Shown one piece after another: positions 1-9,426 of a stretch of 64,000 bases of DNA (within the stretch, counting starts at the first letter, position 1; the number at the start of each line of letters is the position of its first letter). This DNA is from Natronospirales bacterium (GTDB lineage Bacteria; Pseudomonadota; Gammaproteobacteria; Natronospirales; REEB76), in the NCBI GenBank assembly GCA_018971605.1, contig JAGXAL010000001.1:17622-81621 (forward strand). The letters run 5' to 3'. Below the pieces are notes generated by a model, which worked only from the letters and a program-made list of their open reading frames with translations, made no database searches and had not been told where the DNA came from. Position numbers and translations under genes: made by a program.

Positions 1-15
1 CTGAGCTACCTTCCC
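1..15 (-). tRNA. possible 5' end of a tRNA gene cut by the window edge (isotype undeterminable)
   Basis: Reverse complement of 1-15 is GGGAAGG-TA-GCTC-AG. That is a 7-nt acceptor arm, U8/A9 and the start of a GCTCAG D-arm, as in the complete tRNAs here. The rest lies outside the window. Confidence 0.35.
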
Positions 16-122
16 GGCAGCACGGATGGGAAACACAGCTTCAATTTCAGCGGCAACTGGCCGCAAGGCTGAAGAATCCATATACATATCATCGGCTTAG
101 ACAAACTAAATACGTCGAGACC

Positions 123-131
123 TGATATTAT
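123..131 (+). promoter_or_regulatory. extended -10-like element (TGaTATTAT) upstream of the GGDEF/EAL gene
   Basis: TG-A-TATTAT at 123-131, about 60 nt upstream of the ATG at 193. No good -35 was seen. Confidence 0.3.
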
Positions 132-192
132 CTGAGATCTGTTCGAAGATGCCGGACTGGTCCGGTTTGTTGGGCCACGCCACGATGCCACC

Positions 193-3100
193 ATGAAAGC
201 CGAAAACGCCATGCATCTTCCGCCGTCGGGAGCGTTCCGCACGCTCGCCGAGCAGTTGGCGGGGGTCACCGGCACGGATTTTTTCCGCGAGGCCGTGCGG
301 CGCCTGGCCTTGGCGCTCGACGTCGAATACGCCTTCGTCAGCCTGCGCCAGCCGCATGACAATCCGTACTTGCACATCATCGCGGCTTGGCACGTGAATC
401 GCGCTGCTGTGGATGGCACGCTGCTCTTGGAGGGCACCCCAGCGGCGCGCACCCTTGCCGAGTCCGAGTTGTGGCACGAAGACGAAGTTGCCAGCCAGTA
501 TCCCAAAGACCGCTGGCTGCGCAAACACGGGGTACGTGCCTATTGTGCCGTGGCCATTCAGGACGTGGACGGCCGCGCCACCGGGCACCTTGGGGTCATG
601 GCGCGCCAGCCGCTGCAGGCGGACACCGAGCTGTTCGCGGTGCTGCACATGCTTGCGACCCGCACTGCCGCCGAGTTGCGCCGCCAACGCCTGGACGATA
701 TCCAGCGGCTCACGGCGACGAAACTTGCGAGTCTGTTCCGCATCACTCCGGAAATCGTCGGCGCCGCCTTGCTGGAAAATTTTCATATTACCGACATCAG
801 CCCCTCGGTCGAGCGCCTGCTCGGTTTCAGTCCGGCGGAGCTGATCGGCCAGAGTCTGCTGCGTGCCGAGCTGTTTGCCAACCCGCAGGTTCGCGACGAT
901 TTGCTGCAAGAGTTGAAGGCCGGAGGCCGAGTCGTGAACCGTGAGGTCGCCTTGTGCGCGCACAACGGCACGCTGCGCCGCGCGCGCTTGTCGGCGGAAG
1001 CTGCCGAATTCGGCGGACAAGCCCACGTACTGTTCGGTCTTGCCGATGTTACCGATACTGTGGCGGCGCTGGACCAGTTGCAAAACTTGAGCACCACGGT
1101 GGACGCGCTGCTTGGCAACGCGCAACAGGCAATTCTCATAGGTAGCTTTCCGCTCCTGGAGGGTTCCAGCGGTGTGTTCACGCAGGTGAACGATGCCGCC
1201 TGCAAGCTGCTCGGCTATACCCGCGGCGAATTGTTGCAACTTGCCTGCGACAAAGTTATGGATTCCGGTGATCTGGCCAAAGTCATGGCCGCGACACCAT
1301 CCCGGCAAGCGCAAGCCTTGCGACTGAATCTGCGCAGCAAAGCCGGAAGCCTGCTGGCGTGCGAGGTTCAGGCCCGGCTGTACGCCCGGCAGCCCGGGCG
1401 TGAACTCATGTTGTGGTGTCAGCGGCAACCCGCTGACAGCCGCGCAAGCAATGCGCCTGCAACTGCTGAACATCGCTATCAGGATTTTTTCGACAACGCC
1501 AGCGAAGGCATATACCAATCCACACCCGCAGGACAGATTGTCAGCGCCAATGCGGCGCTGGCTCGCATCCTTGGCTACGACACGCCGGGGGACTTAATCG
1601 CGGACAAGCTGAACATCGCCTCGCGTATCTACGTGGATGCCGGACAACGCCGCGAGCTGCTGCGGCGCCTCGAGGAAGACGGTCACTACTTCGACCAGGA
1701 ATTCCAGATATTCCGGCGGGACGGGACCACCATCTGGGTTTGCGACAGTGCGCGCGCGGTTAAAGACGAGAGCGGCCGCATTCTGCATTACCAAGGCAGC
1801 CTGCAGGACATTACCGGCCGCAAACGCGCCGAGGAGGCGCTGCTGCGCTCTGAGGAAAAGTACCGGCTGCTGGTGGACATGAGCCAGGACGGCGTATTTC
1901 TCTGCCAGGGGGGCGTGCTCGTCTATGCCAACCGCGCCTTTGCGCGGATGCTTGGCTACCCGGCCGAGGAGATCCCCGGCACGCCTCTTGCCGAAGTGAT
2001 TGAATCCGCCGAGGACAGTCTGACGAAACAAATCGCCGCGGATGCGGTAGATGCACACGCACTGGTGCCGCATGAAATGCGCCTGCGCTGCAAGCAGCCC
2101 GCGCAACGCATCACTGCGGCGGTTGCCTTGAGCCGCATTTCCTGGCGGGGGCGACCGGCGATCATGGGTACGGCGCGCGATGTCACCGAGCGCAAGAAGG
2201 TCGAACAGGACCTGGTGCACAGCGCCTATCACGATGCGCTTACCGGCCTGCCCAATCGCGGCTTTTTCATGGAGCGCCTGCGCCAGGCCCTGGAAGCCAA
2301 TCAAGCCTCGGGATCCGGCCAATTGGCGCTGTTATTCCTGGACCTCGACCGCTTCAAGCTGATCAACGACAGCCTCGGCCACAGTTTTGGCGACCGCCTG
2401 CTGGTAGCGATCACCAAGCGCTTGCGCACCTGTCTGCGGCCCGCGGATTTGATGGCCCGGTATGGAGGCGACGAATTCACCATACTGCTGGAGCACCTGC
2501 AGAACATGGATGAAGCCACCGCAGTTGCCGACCGCATTCACGAGGAACTGGCGCGCGCCTTCAACATCGGCGGGCGCGATGTGTTTTCCACGGCCAGCAT
2601 CGGCATCGTTACCAACGCGCCCCACTACCGGCATCCGGATGAATTGCTGCGGGACGCGGACACCGCCATGTATCGCGCCAAAGCCGCCGGCAAGGCAGGC
2701 TATGTGGTCTTTGACGACGCCATGCACCAGCACGTCAAGGCCAATCTCAAGCTGGAGACCGAGCTGCGCCATGCGTTGCAGCGCAATGAGTTTCGCGTGT
2801 TCTTCCAGCCGGTCATTGATCTTGCCAGTGGCCGCCTCACCGGATTCGAGGCGCTGGTACGCTGGGCGCATCCGGAACGGGGCTTGGTGGCACCCGAACA
2901 ATTCCTCGCGGTTGCCGAAGAAACCGGGCTGATTATTCCGCTCGGCTGGTGGGTGATGGAAACCGCCTGCGCGCAACTGGCGCAGTGGCGCAAACGTCAC
3001 AAGCATCTTGGCGACGATGTTACCGTCAGCGTCAATATCGCCAATCGCCAGTTCGCCCATTGGGTGCTGCCGCAACGTGTCGCGCGGGTTCTGGACATGA

Positions 3101-3531
3101 GCGGCATCCCGGCAAAGAACCTGTGCCTGGAAATCACCGAAACCGTGTTCATGGACAATCCCGAGTTGGCGGCCGAAACCATCAGCCGCTTGCGTACCAT
3201 CGGGGTCAACTTGCAGATGGATGACTTCGGTACCGGCTATTCATCGCTCAGCGCCTTACGCACTTTCAAACTGGATACGCTCAAGATTGATCGCTCGTTC
3301 ATCGCCGGTATTGAAAAAAACCGCAGTGACCGGGCGATTGTGCGCACGATTACGGTATTGGCGGCAGACCTGGGGATGGATGTGGTTGCCGAAGGCATCG
3401 AAACCGCGCGGCAACTGGAACTGTTGCGCGCCCTCGGCTGCCGTCGCGGCCAAGGCTATTATTTCTCCAAACCGTTTGCCGCGAATGAAGTCGACCGCTA
3501 TTTGACTGCCTTGAGACCACCGAAGGCATGA
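193..3531 (+). CDS. GAF-PAS(multiple)-GGDEF-EAL c-di-GMP signalling protein
   Basis: 1112-aa ORF. N-terminal GAF-like region and repeated PAS-like segments. Contains RYGGDEF with RPAD five residues upstream (I-site RxxD). EAL-domain motifs EALVRW, DDFGTGYSSL, KIDRSF, EGIET and QGYYFSKP are present. Confidence 0.93.
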   Translation: MKAENAMHLPPSGAFRTLAEQLAGVTGTDFFREAVRRLALALDVEYAFVSLRQPHDNPYLHIIAAWHVNRAAVDGTLLLEGTPAARTLAESELWHEDEVASQYPKDRWLRKHGVRAYCAVAIQDVDGRATGHLGVMARQPLQADTELFAVLHMLATRTAAELRRQRLDDIQRLTATKLASLFRITPEIVGAALLENFHITDISPSVERLLGFSPAELIGQSLLRAELFANPQVRDDLLQELKAGGRVVNREVALCAHNGTLRRARLSAEAAEFGGQAHVLFGLADVTDTVAALDQLQNLSTTVDALLGNAQQAILIGSFPLLEGSSGVFTQVNDAACKLLGYTRGELLQLACDKVMDSGDLAKVMAATPSRQAQALRLNLRSKAGSLLACEVQARLYARQPGRELMLWCQRQPADSRASNAPATAEHRYQDFFDNASEGIYQSTPAGQIVSANAALARILGYDTPGDLIADKLNIASRIYVDAGQRRELLRRLEEDGHYFDQEFQIFRRDGTTIWVCDSARAVKDESGRILHYQGSLQDITGRKRAEEALLRSEEKYRLLVDMSQDGVFLCQGGVLVYANRAFARMLGYPAEEIPGTPLAEVIESAEDSLTKQIAADAVDAHALVPHEMRLRCKQPAQRITAAVALSRISWRGRPAIMGTARDVTERKKVEQDLVHSAYHDALTGLPNRGFFMERLRQALEANQASGSGQLALLFLDLDRFKLINDSLGHSFGDRLLVAITKRLRTCLRPADLMARYGGDEFTILLEHLQNMDEATAVADRIHEELARAFNIGGRDVFSTASIGIVTNAPHYRHPDELLRDADTAMYRAKAAGKAGYVVFDDAMHQHVKANLKLETELRHALQRNEFRVFFQPVIDLASGRLTGFEALVRWAHPERGLVAPEQFLAVAEETGLIIPLGWWVMETACAQLAQWRKRHKHLGDDVTVSVNIANRQFAHWVLPQRVARVLDMSGIPAKNLCLEITETVFMDNPELAAETISRLRTIGVNLQMDDFGTGYSSLSALRTFKLDTLKIDRSFIAGIEKNRSDRAIVRTITVLAADLGMDVVAEGIETARQLELLRALGCRRGQGYYFSKPFAANEVDRYLTALRPPKA

Positions 3532-3560
3532 AGTGCTGCGTTGGCGTGTAGTTTCCGCTT

Positions 3561-3582
3561 GATTCCGGATGAACCCGGATTC
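3561..3582 (+). terminator. weak hairpin downstream of the GGDEF/EAL gene
   Basis: GATTCCGG-atgaac-CCGGATTC (8-bp stem, one mismatch) followed by TCTATTC. The U-tract is poor. Confidence 0.3.
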
Positions 3583-3620
3583 TATTCATGGATCGCCGCT
3601 GATCCGGCCGGCAGTAATTT

Positions 3621-3779
3621 TCATAGAACAGTCGTGAGTGCCAACAGCCATTTGGGCCAATGCACTCCGGCAACGCCCATGACTATCAGTGCGATCAGTA
3701 TTGCCAGCGCCAGCGCGAATATCATTTGCGCCCGGTGCAACGAGGCGTTGTTGGCAGTTGAACTACGGTGAAATTTCAT
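3621..3779 (-). CDS. hypothetical 52-aa hydrophobic peptide (doubtful)
   Basis: ATG-initiated tail of the 3621..3986 ORF: MKFHRSSTANNASLHRAQMIFALALAILIALIVMGVAGVHWPKWLLALTTVL, with one clear TM helix. No convincing SD. Uses ATA codons, which are unusual for this GC content. Confidence 0.2.
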   Translation of the reverse strand: MKFHRSSTANNASLHRAQMIFALALAILIALIVMGVAGVHWPKWLLALTTVL

Positions 3780-3868
3780 GTGTTGTATCAAGGCCTCGCA
3801 GGAGGCCGCGGCCTGGACGATTGACCGGCCGGGACAAGCCTCGTCTCTGATTGGGGAATCCGTTTGAG

Positions 3869-3949
<81 letters not shown>

Positions 3950-4030
3950 CGTATAAATCACGTCGCGATTCAAGCCATGGAGGCATGATAACCGAAACGC
4001 GCAGCCCACGCTTGGGGAATACCGAGACGC

Positions 4031-4387
4031 TCAGTGTTTCAGAAGTTGCAGCAGGTCTTCCAGTTCAGTGCGCAGCTGATGGACGATTTGCTGACTTTGC
4101 GAGACGTCCTGTCTCGCCGTGTCGCTGGATAATTGCTGACGCGCACCGCCGATGGTGAAGCCTTGCTCGTAGAGCAGGCTGCGTATTTGACGGATCACGA
4201 GCACGTCGTGGCGCTGATAGTATCGACGGTTGCCGCGGCGTTTGACGGGTTTGAGTTGCGGAAATTCCTGCTCCCAATAACGCAGGACATGCGGCTTTAC
4301 GCCGCACAGGTCGCTGACTTCACCAATGGTGAAATAGCGCTTGCCCGGAATGGCCGGCAGTTCGTTATTGTTCCCGGCTTCCAGCAT
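4031..4387 (-). CDS. MerR-family transcriptional regulator
   Basis: 118 aa. [25 protein letters not shown]...RRGNRRYY is a MerR-type HTH. It sits downstream of ihfA, as in many proteobacteria, and overlaps the ihfA 3' end by 23 nt. Confidence 0.85.
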   Translation of the reverse strand: MLEAGNNNELPAIPGKRYFTIGEVSDLCGVKPHVLRYWEQEFPQLKPVKRRGNRRYYQRHDVLVIRQIRSLLYEQGFTIGGARQQLSSDTARQDVSQSQQIVHQLRTELEDLLQLLKH

Positions 4388-4667
4388 AGGTTTCGACCCG
4401 TGTCTTGAGCTTTTGACCCGGCCTGAACGTCACCACGCGCCGGGCGGTAATGGGGATTTCCTCCCCGGTCTTGGGGTTGCGGCCCGGGCGCTGATTCTTG
4501 CTGCGCAGGTCAAAGTTGCCGAATCCAGACAGCTTCACCTGCCGCCCCCCTGCCAAGGCTTGGCGGACTTCCTCGAAGAACAGGTCCACAAGCTCCTTGG
4601 CCTCCCGCTTGTTGAGCCCCAGCTCTTCAAACAAGGCCTCGGCCATCTCCGCCTTGGTCAGCGCCAT
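4365..4667 (-). CDS. ihfA: integration host factor alpha subunit
   Basis: 100 aa. [10 protein letters not shown]...[41 protein letters not shown]. Follows pheT. Confidence 0.96.
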   Translation of the reverse strand: MALTKAEMAEALFEELGLNKREAKELVDLFFEEVRQALAGGRQVKLSGFGNFDLRSKNQRPGRNPKTGEEIPITARRVVTFRPGQKLKTRVETYAGSREQ

Positions 4668-4669
4668 GC

Positions 4670-7039
4670 TTAGTCTCGTATTGTTGCGCCCAGTTCGTCC
4701 TGCAGCCGTTGCACCACTTTTCTCATGGTGGCATCGGCAGCCTCGTCCGTTAGAGTGCGCGAAGAGTCTTGTAAAATCAAGCTCAAAGCGACACTTTTTC
4801 GTCCAGAATCTATCCCTTTACCACGATATATGTCAAATATTCTGACCTCTGATACCAAGGGGTGCCCGGCCTCCCGGGTCAAATCCAGGATCCTGCCGGC
4901 CGGTATCGTCTCTTCGACCACCAAGGCCAAATCGCGTGACAGTGCCGGAAATGCGGTTATGGGCGCAGCTTCCGTTATGCGCTTCTGGCGCAAAGGTTCC
5001 AGACTTAGCTCGAACATGAATACCGGGCCGTTCAGGTCCAGTTCGCGTGCTACGGCTGGGTGTAATGCCCCCAACCAGCCAATGTTCATCCCCCCCAGCA
5101 TGAGCTTGGCGGCTTGGCTGGGGTGTAACGCCGGGTGTGTGTCCGCCACCGCGTCGACACGCTTGGTATGACCACCTGCCCCAAGCAGCGCTTCGACGTC
5201 CCCGCGCAAATCCGCAAAATCGTTGTTCCTCTGCGGCAACCCCCATTGCAGCGGATCCTGCAGTCCGAATATCAATCCAGCAATTACATTTTCCTGTTTT
5301 ATTTCAGTGTGTTGTTGAATAAACCTCATGCCACACTCAAAGATTCGAACACGCTGCTGCTGACGATTCAGGTTGTAACGCAGCGTCTGGATCAGCCCAG
5401 GCCAGAGACTTTGCCGCATTGCGTTCATCTCGGCGGATATCGGGTTGGCCAGCGCAATGCCCGGACTGCCCGTCAGACGCACTTGCAGCTGGGCATCAAC
5501 AAAGCTGTAGGTGATGACTTCCTGGTAGCCCCGGGCGACCAGCGTATCCCGCAGGCGTGACACCGGCAGCCGTTCTTCAGGAAGCGGCAGCATGCGCTGC
5601 CCCGCCGGGTAAGGAATGGCGGGAATCTTGTCGTAGCCGAATATCCGGCCGACCTCCTCGACCAGATCTTCTTCCCTTTCGATATCAAAACGATGAGCCG
5701 GCGCAGACACCTGCCAGTTGTGACCGTGTCTGCTCGGCATGAATCCGAGTCCGGCCAAGATCCCACTCACGGCCTTTCCAGGGATCAACATGCCCAATGA
5801 CTGCACAAGTTTTGCCTGGCGCAGCCGCAGTCTGGCGCGTACGCGCGGTGTCGCAGCAACCTTGGTTATCGGGCCCGCCTGACCGCCGGCAATCTCCTGC
5901 AGCAATCGTGTGGCGCGCTCCAGCGCCCGCGTTTGCCCCGTCGGGTCCACTCCACGTTCAAAACGGTAAGCGGCTTCGGTCTGCAAGCCGAGCTTGCGTT
6001 GGCGCCCGCTGATGGCATCGGGCGAAAAAAATGCCGCCTCCAGGTAGATGTCGGCAGTGCCCGGCTGCACGCTCGAATCGCTGCCGCCCATGATGCCGGC
6101 GACGCCCAGCACATGCTTGTGATCCGCAATCACCAGTATGTCCGGTTCCAGCGTGTGCTTGTTGCCATCCAGAAGCTTCAGCGACTCACCGGAGCGCGCC
6201 ATGCGCACCTGGATGCCGCCGGACAGGCGCTTGAGATCGTAAGCGTGCAACGGCTGGCCGAGCTCCAGCATCACGTATTGGGTTACGTCCACCACCGGGT
6301 GCAGGCTGCGCAATCCGGCACGGCGCAAGCGTTCACGTAACCACATTGGAGTGACCGCATCCGCGCGCAGGCCGCGGATTATGCGCCCGGCAAATACCGG
6401 GCAGGCAGCCAACGCTTCGATCCGTGCGGTCAAACGGTCTTTGATGCCCGGTTTGACCGGGCTGCAATCCGGCAGTCGCAGCTTTTGACCATAAAGTGCG
6501 GCCAGCTCGCGTGCGACGCCCAGCGCACTCAGGCAGTCGCCGCGGTTGGGCGTGATCTCGATTTCCAGAACTTTGTCGGCACCACCGAGTTCCCGGATCA
6601 ATAGGTGTCCGACCTTTGCCTCGGCAGGCAATGCCAGCAAGCCGGCATCGTCATCCCCCAGGCCCAGTTCGCGCGCCGAGCACAGCATGCCTTGTGACTT
6701 CACGCCACGTAGTTGCGTCGTATGAATCTCGCTGCCATCCGGCAAGTGCCCGCCAGGCAGAATGACCGCCACACGCATGCCGGTATTTACATTGGCGGCG
6801 CCGCAAACGATTTGCAGCGACTTGCCTTTGCCTACGAAAACCGTGCAGACGCGCAGTCGGTCCGCTTGCGGGTGTGGCTCGACGTTGCGCACCTCGCCTA
6901 CCAGTACATGATCAAGCGCAGGCAATCCCTCACTGATAGCCGTGACTTCTATGCCAGCCGATGTCAGCCGTTCGGCCAGATCCCGAGTGCTCGCCGGCGG
7001 GTCCACAAATTCGCGCAGCCACTGCTCGCTGATTCTCAT
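4670..7039 (-). CDS. pheT: phenylalanine--tRNA ligase beta subunit
   Basis: 789 aa. N-terminal [12 protein letters not shown] and full-length PheT-like domain order. Sits 9 nt downstream of pheS. Confidence 0.97.
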   Translation of the reverse strand: MRISEQWLREFVDPPASTRDLAERLTSAGIEVTAISEGLPALDHVLVGEVRNVEPHPQADRLRVCTVFVGKGKSLQIVCGAANVNTGMRVAVILPGGHLPDGSEIHTTQLRGVKSQGMLCSARELGLGDDDAGLLALPAEAKVGHLLIRELGGADKVLEIEITPNRGDCLSALGVARELAALYGQKLRLPDCSPVKPGIKDRLTARIEALAACPVFAGRIIRGLRADAVTPMWLRERLRRAGLRSLHPVVDVTQYVMLELGQPLHAYDLKRLSGGIQVRMARSGESLKLLDGNKHTLEPDILVIADHKHVLGVAGIMGGSDSSVQPGTADIYLEAAFFSPDAISGRQRKLGLQTEAAYRFERGVDPTGQTRALERATRLLQEIAGGQAGPITKVAATPRVRARLRLRQAKLVQSLGMLIPGKAVSGILAGLGFMPSRHGHNWQVSAPAHRFDIEREEDLVEEVGRIFGYDKIPAIPYPAGQRMLPLPEERLPVSRLRDTLVARGYQEVITYSFVDAQLQVRLTGSPGIALANPISAEMNAMRQSLWPGLIQTLRYNLNRQQQRVRIFECGMRFIQQHTEIKQENVIAGLIFGLQDPLQWGLPQRNNDFADLRGDVEALLGAGGHTKRVDAVADTHPALHPSQAAKLMLGGMNIGWLGALHPAVARELDLNGPVFMFELSLEPLRQKRITEAAPITAFPALSRDLALVVEETIPAGRILDLTREAGHPLVSEVRIFDIYRGKGIDSGRKSVALSLILQDSSRTLTDEAADATMRKVVQRLQDELGATIRD

Positions 7040-7048
7040 GCTGGATGC

Positions 7049-8071
7049 TCAGCGAAACTGGCGCAGGAAGCGCAGATCGTTTTCAAAATTCATGCGGATA
7101 TCGCTGATTCCGTAGCGCAGCATGCCGAGGCGCTCGATGCCGACGCCGAATGCCCAGCCGCTGTAACGGCGCGGGTCAACGCGGCAGGCATCGAGCACAT
7201 TGGGATGCACCAGCCCGCAGCCCAGAACCTCCAGCCAGCCGCTGTGCTTGCACACACGACAGCCGGCGCCGTCGCAGAAGATACAATTGATGTCCACTTC
7301 GGCGCCCGGTTCCACAAACGGGAAATACGATGGGCGAAAACGCAAGCGCAAGTCATCACGCTCGAAAAAGCGCTGCAGAAAGTCCGTGAGTACCCCGCGC
7401 AGGTGCGCCATGCTCACCTCTTTGTCTACCAACAGGCCTTCGACCTGATGGAACATGGGCGTGTGGGTGACGTCGTAGTCATGGCGAAAGGTGCGTCCGG
7501 GTGCGATTATCCGCAGCGGGGCGCCGTGTTTGAGCAGCGCGCGCACCTGCACCGGTGAAGTGTGGGTACGCAGCAGTAAGGGCCAATCTTTTAGATAAAA
7601 GGTGTCCATTTCGGCGCGTGCAGGGTGCCCGGGCTTGAAATTCAGGGCGTCAAAGTTGTGGAATTCATCCTCGATTTCCGGCCCCTCCTCCACACCGAAG
7701 CCAAGGCTGGCAAACAGCGCCTGCACACGCTCCAGAATTTGCGTCACCGGGTGCAGGCCGCCGGGCTCCTGGCCGCGCCCGGGCAGCGTCACATCCACCG
7801 TCGCGGCGGTCAACTGCGCGCTCAGAGTCTGAGCTTCCAGTTCGCGCCGCCGTGCATCCAGCATGGCAGTGACGGCGTGTTTGGCCTGGTTGGTCTGCTG
7901 ACCGGCCGCGGGGCGTTCGCTGGCCGGCAGGGCGCCCAGCGCCTTCAGTTGCTCAGTGAGCACGCCTTTCTTGCCGAGGTAGTGAACGCGCACCTCGTCC
8001 AGCGCCACGAGCGATCCGCTTGCCGCGATGCGTGCCTGTGCTTCCTGGATGAGCTGGTCGAACTTCTGCAC
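7049..8071 (-). CDS. pheS: phenylalanine--tRNA ligase alpha subunit
   Basis: Class II motifs FRPSYFPFTEPGAEVD and GWAFGVGIERL. The GTG at 8071 is chosen because VQKFDQL...VRVHYLGKKG then has the same 27-residue spacing as E. coli PheS (from memory). The ORF track extends to a GTG at 8140 through a terminator hairpin. Confidence 0.93.
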   Translation of the reverse strand: MQKFDQLIQEAQARIAASGSLVALDEVRVHYLGKKGVLTEQLKALGALPASERPAAGQQTNQAKHAVTAMLDARRRELEAQTLSAQLTAATVDVTLPGRGQEPGGLHPVTQILERVQALFASLGFGVEEGPEIEDEFHNFDALNFKPGHPARAEMDTFYLKDWPLLLRTHTSPVQVRALLKHGAPLRIIAPGRTFRHDYDVTHTPMFHQVEGLLVDKEVSMAHLRGVLTDFLQRFFERDDLRLRFRPSYFPFVEPGAEVDINCIFCDGAGCRVCKHSGWLEVLGCGLVHPNVLDACRVDPRRYSGWAFGVGIERLGMLRYGISDIRMNFENDLRFLRQFR

Positions 8072-8085
8072 AGTGAGTATCCGTA

Positions 8086-8131
8086 AAACACAGATAAAAG
8101 AGGGGAAAAGCCCGCCGGGCCCCTCCCCTCG
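8086..8131 (-). terminator. intrinsic terminator/attenuator between rplT and pheS
   Basis: mRNA sense: GAGGGGA-GGGGCCCGGCGGGCUUU-UCCCCUC followed by UUUUAUCUGUGUUUU. It ends about 14 nt before the pheS GTG. Confidence 0.7.
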
Positions 8132-8167
8132 CGTGTTCACCGACAGCCGCTGAAGCGCGCGGCTGTA

Positions 8168-8524
8168 TCAGGCCAGGCTGGCTTTGGCCTGCGCCACGAG
8201 TGCTGCAAATGCCGCGTGATCGTTGACGGCGATGTCCGCGAGCAGTTTGCGGTCGAGGGCAATTTGCGCACGCTTCAGCCCGCTCATGAAGCGGCTGTAG
8301 GACAAGCCGTTAAGGCGCGCCGCGGCATTGATGCGTGCCACCCACAACGCGCGAAACTCGCGTTTGCGCGCGCGCCGGTCCCGGAAGGCGTACTTGCCGG
8401 CCTTCATGACCGCCTGTTTCGCGGCCCGGATGGTCTTGCGGCGGGCGTTGTAATAGCCCTTGGCGCGCCCCAGAGTCTTCTTGTGTTTGGCGCGGCTGGT
8501 GACTGAACGTTTTACACGTGCCAT
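8168..8524 (-). CDS. rplT: 50S ribosomal protein L20
   Basis: 118 aa. [18 protein letters not shown]... Confidence 0.97.
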   Translation of the reverse strand: MARVKRSVTSRAKHKKTLGRAKGYYNARRKTIRAAKQAVMKAGKYAFRDRRARKREFRALWVARINAAARLNGLSYSRFMSGLKRAQIALDRKLLADIAVNDHAAFAALVAQAKASLA

Positions 8525-8537
8525 GGCTTATTCCTCC

Positions 8538-8735
8538 TCACGACCAGGGCAGCATTTGCTGCACCCGACCTTGATCCTGAGCCACCACCAGATCGCCGCC
8601 GCGCAGCTGACGCTTGCGCTTGGGGCTCTTCTTGGTGAGGATGTGGCGCTTGTGCGATTGGCCACGCTTGAACTTGCCGCTGGCGGTGGCGCGGAAGCGC
8701 TTGGCCGCGGCGCGATTGGTCTTCAACTTCGGCAT
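8538..8735 (-). CDS. rpmI: 50S ribosomal protein L35
   Basis: 65 aa. [24 protein letters not shown]... Confidence 0.96.
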   Translation of the reverse strand: MPKLKTNRAAAKRFRATASGKFKRGQSHKRHILTKKSPKRKRQLRGGDLVVAQDQGRVQQMLPWS

Positions 8736-8850
8736 TGCCGTAACTCCTGTGCTGGTTGTACTAAGGTCTGGCCCCGCTTGCGCGGCGTTGTTTAATTGCC
8801 AGACGGCGGAAGGCCTTGGCGTTCCGCTTTTACGTCAGCCCTGGCAGGGC

Positions 8851-9369
8851 TTACTTTCTCTTGGGTGACAGCACCATGACGAGCTGTCGGCCTTCGAGTT
8901 TTGGAAACTGTTCTATCTGCGCGTGGTCGCTGAGATCGCCCTTGATGCGATCAATCAAGCCGGCGCCCAACTCCTGATGCAGCATTTCGCGGCCGCGGAA
9001 ACGCACCGTGACCTTGGTTTTATCGCCTTCCGCCAGAAAGCGCGTCAAGTTACGTAACTTGATCTGGTAGTCGCCCTCATCCGTGGTGGGCCGGAACTTC
9101 ACTTCCTTGACCTGTATCTGTTTCTGCTTCTTGCGCGCCGACTGCTGCTTCTTGTTGAGCTCGAACAGGTACTTGCCGTAATTCATTACGCGGCAGACCG
9201 GCGGATCCACCGTGGGTGACACCTCCACGAGATCCAGACCTGCCTGTTCGGCGTACTGGACTGCCTCGCGCGTATACATGATGCCAATCTGCTGATTATC
9301 CGGGCCGATGACCCGGACCTTGGGCGCGGTGATTTCCCCGTTGCGCCGAGCACGTTTTTCCGAACTGAT
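8851..9369 (-). CDS. infC: translation initiation factor IF-3
   Basis: Strong IF-3 similarity ([18 protein letters not shown]...[10 protein letters not shown]...FRGREM). Start placed at ATC 9369, 7 nt downstream of GGAGGA (9382-9377). The ORF-track TTG at 9384 overlaps that SD and has none of its own. Confidence 0.9.
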   Translation of the reverse strand: MSSEKRARRNGEITAPKVRVIGPDNQQIGIMYTREAVQYAEQAGLDLVEVSPTVDPPVCRVMNYGKYLFELNKKQQSARKKQKQIQVKEVKFRPTTDEGDYQIKLRNLTRFLAEGDKTKVTVRFRGREMLHQELGAGLIDRIKGDLSDHAQIEQFPKLEGRQLVMVLSPKRK

Positions 9370-9426
9370 TAGCCGATCCTCCAAAAAGAAACCTGAACCC
9401 GCCTCATGTTGTCCTTGGGGCGGCGT

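Noticed and set aside
152-171. Terminator-like hairpin CCGGA-ctgg-TCCGG followed by TTTGTT, located between a candidate extended -10 (123-131) and the GGDEF/EAL start codon. It could be a leader attenuator or riboswitch expression platform.
   Set aside because: The stem is only 5-6 bp and I could see no alternative antiterminator pairing or conserved aptamer-like sequence. The leader would be too short (about 55 nt) for known c-di-GMP riboswitch classes.
8736-8850. Hairpins in the infC-rpmI spacer (GCCCU-gcc-AGGGC right after the infC stop, and GCGGAA-n10-UUCCGC) as a possible L20 translational operator.
   Set aside because: This is plausible from E. coli biology, but the E. coli operator is a long-range pseudoknot that I cannot verify by eye. 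Nothing sequence-specific supports it here.
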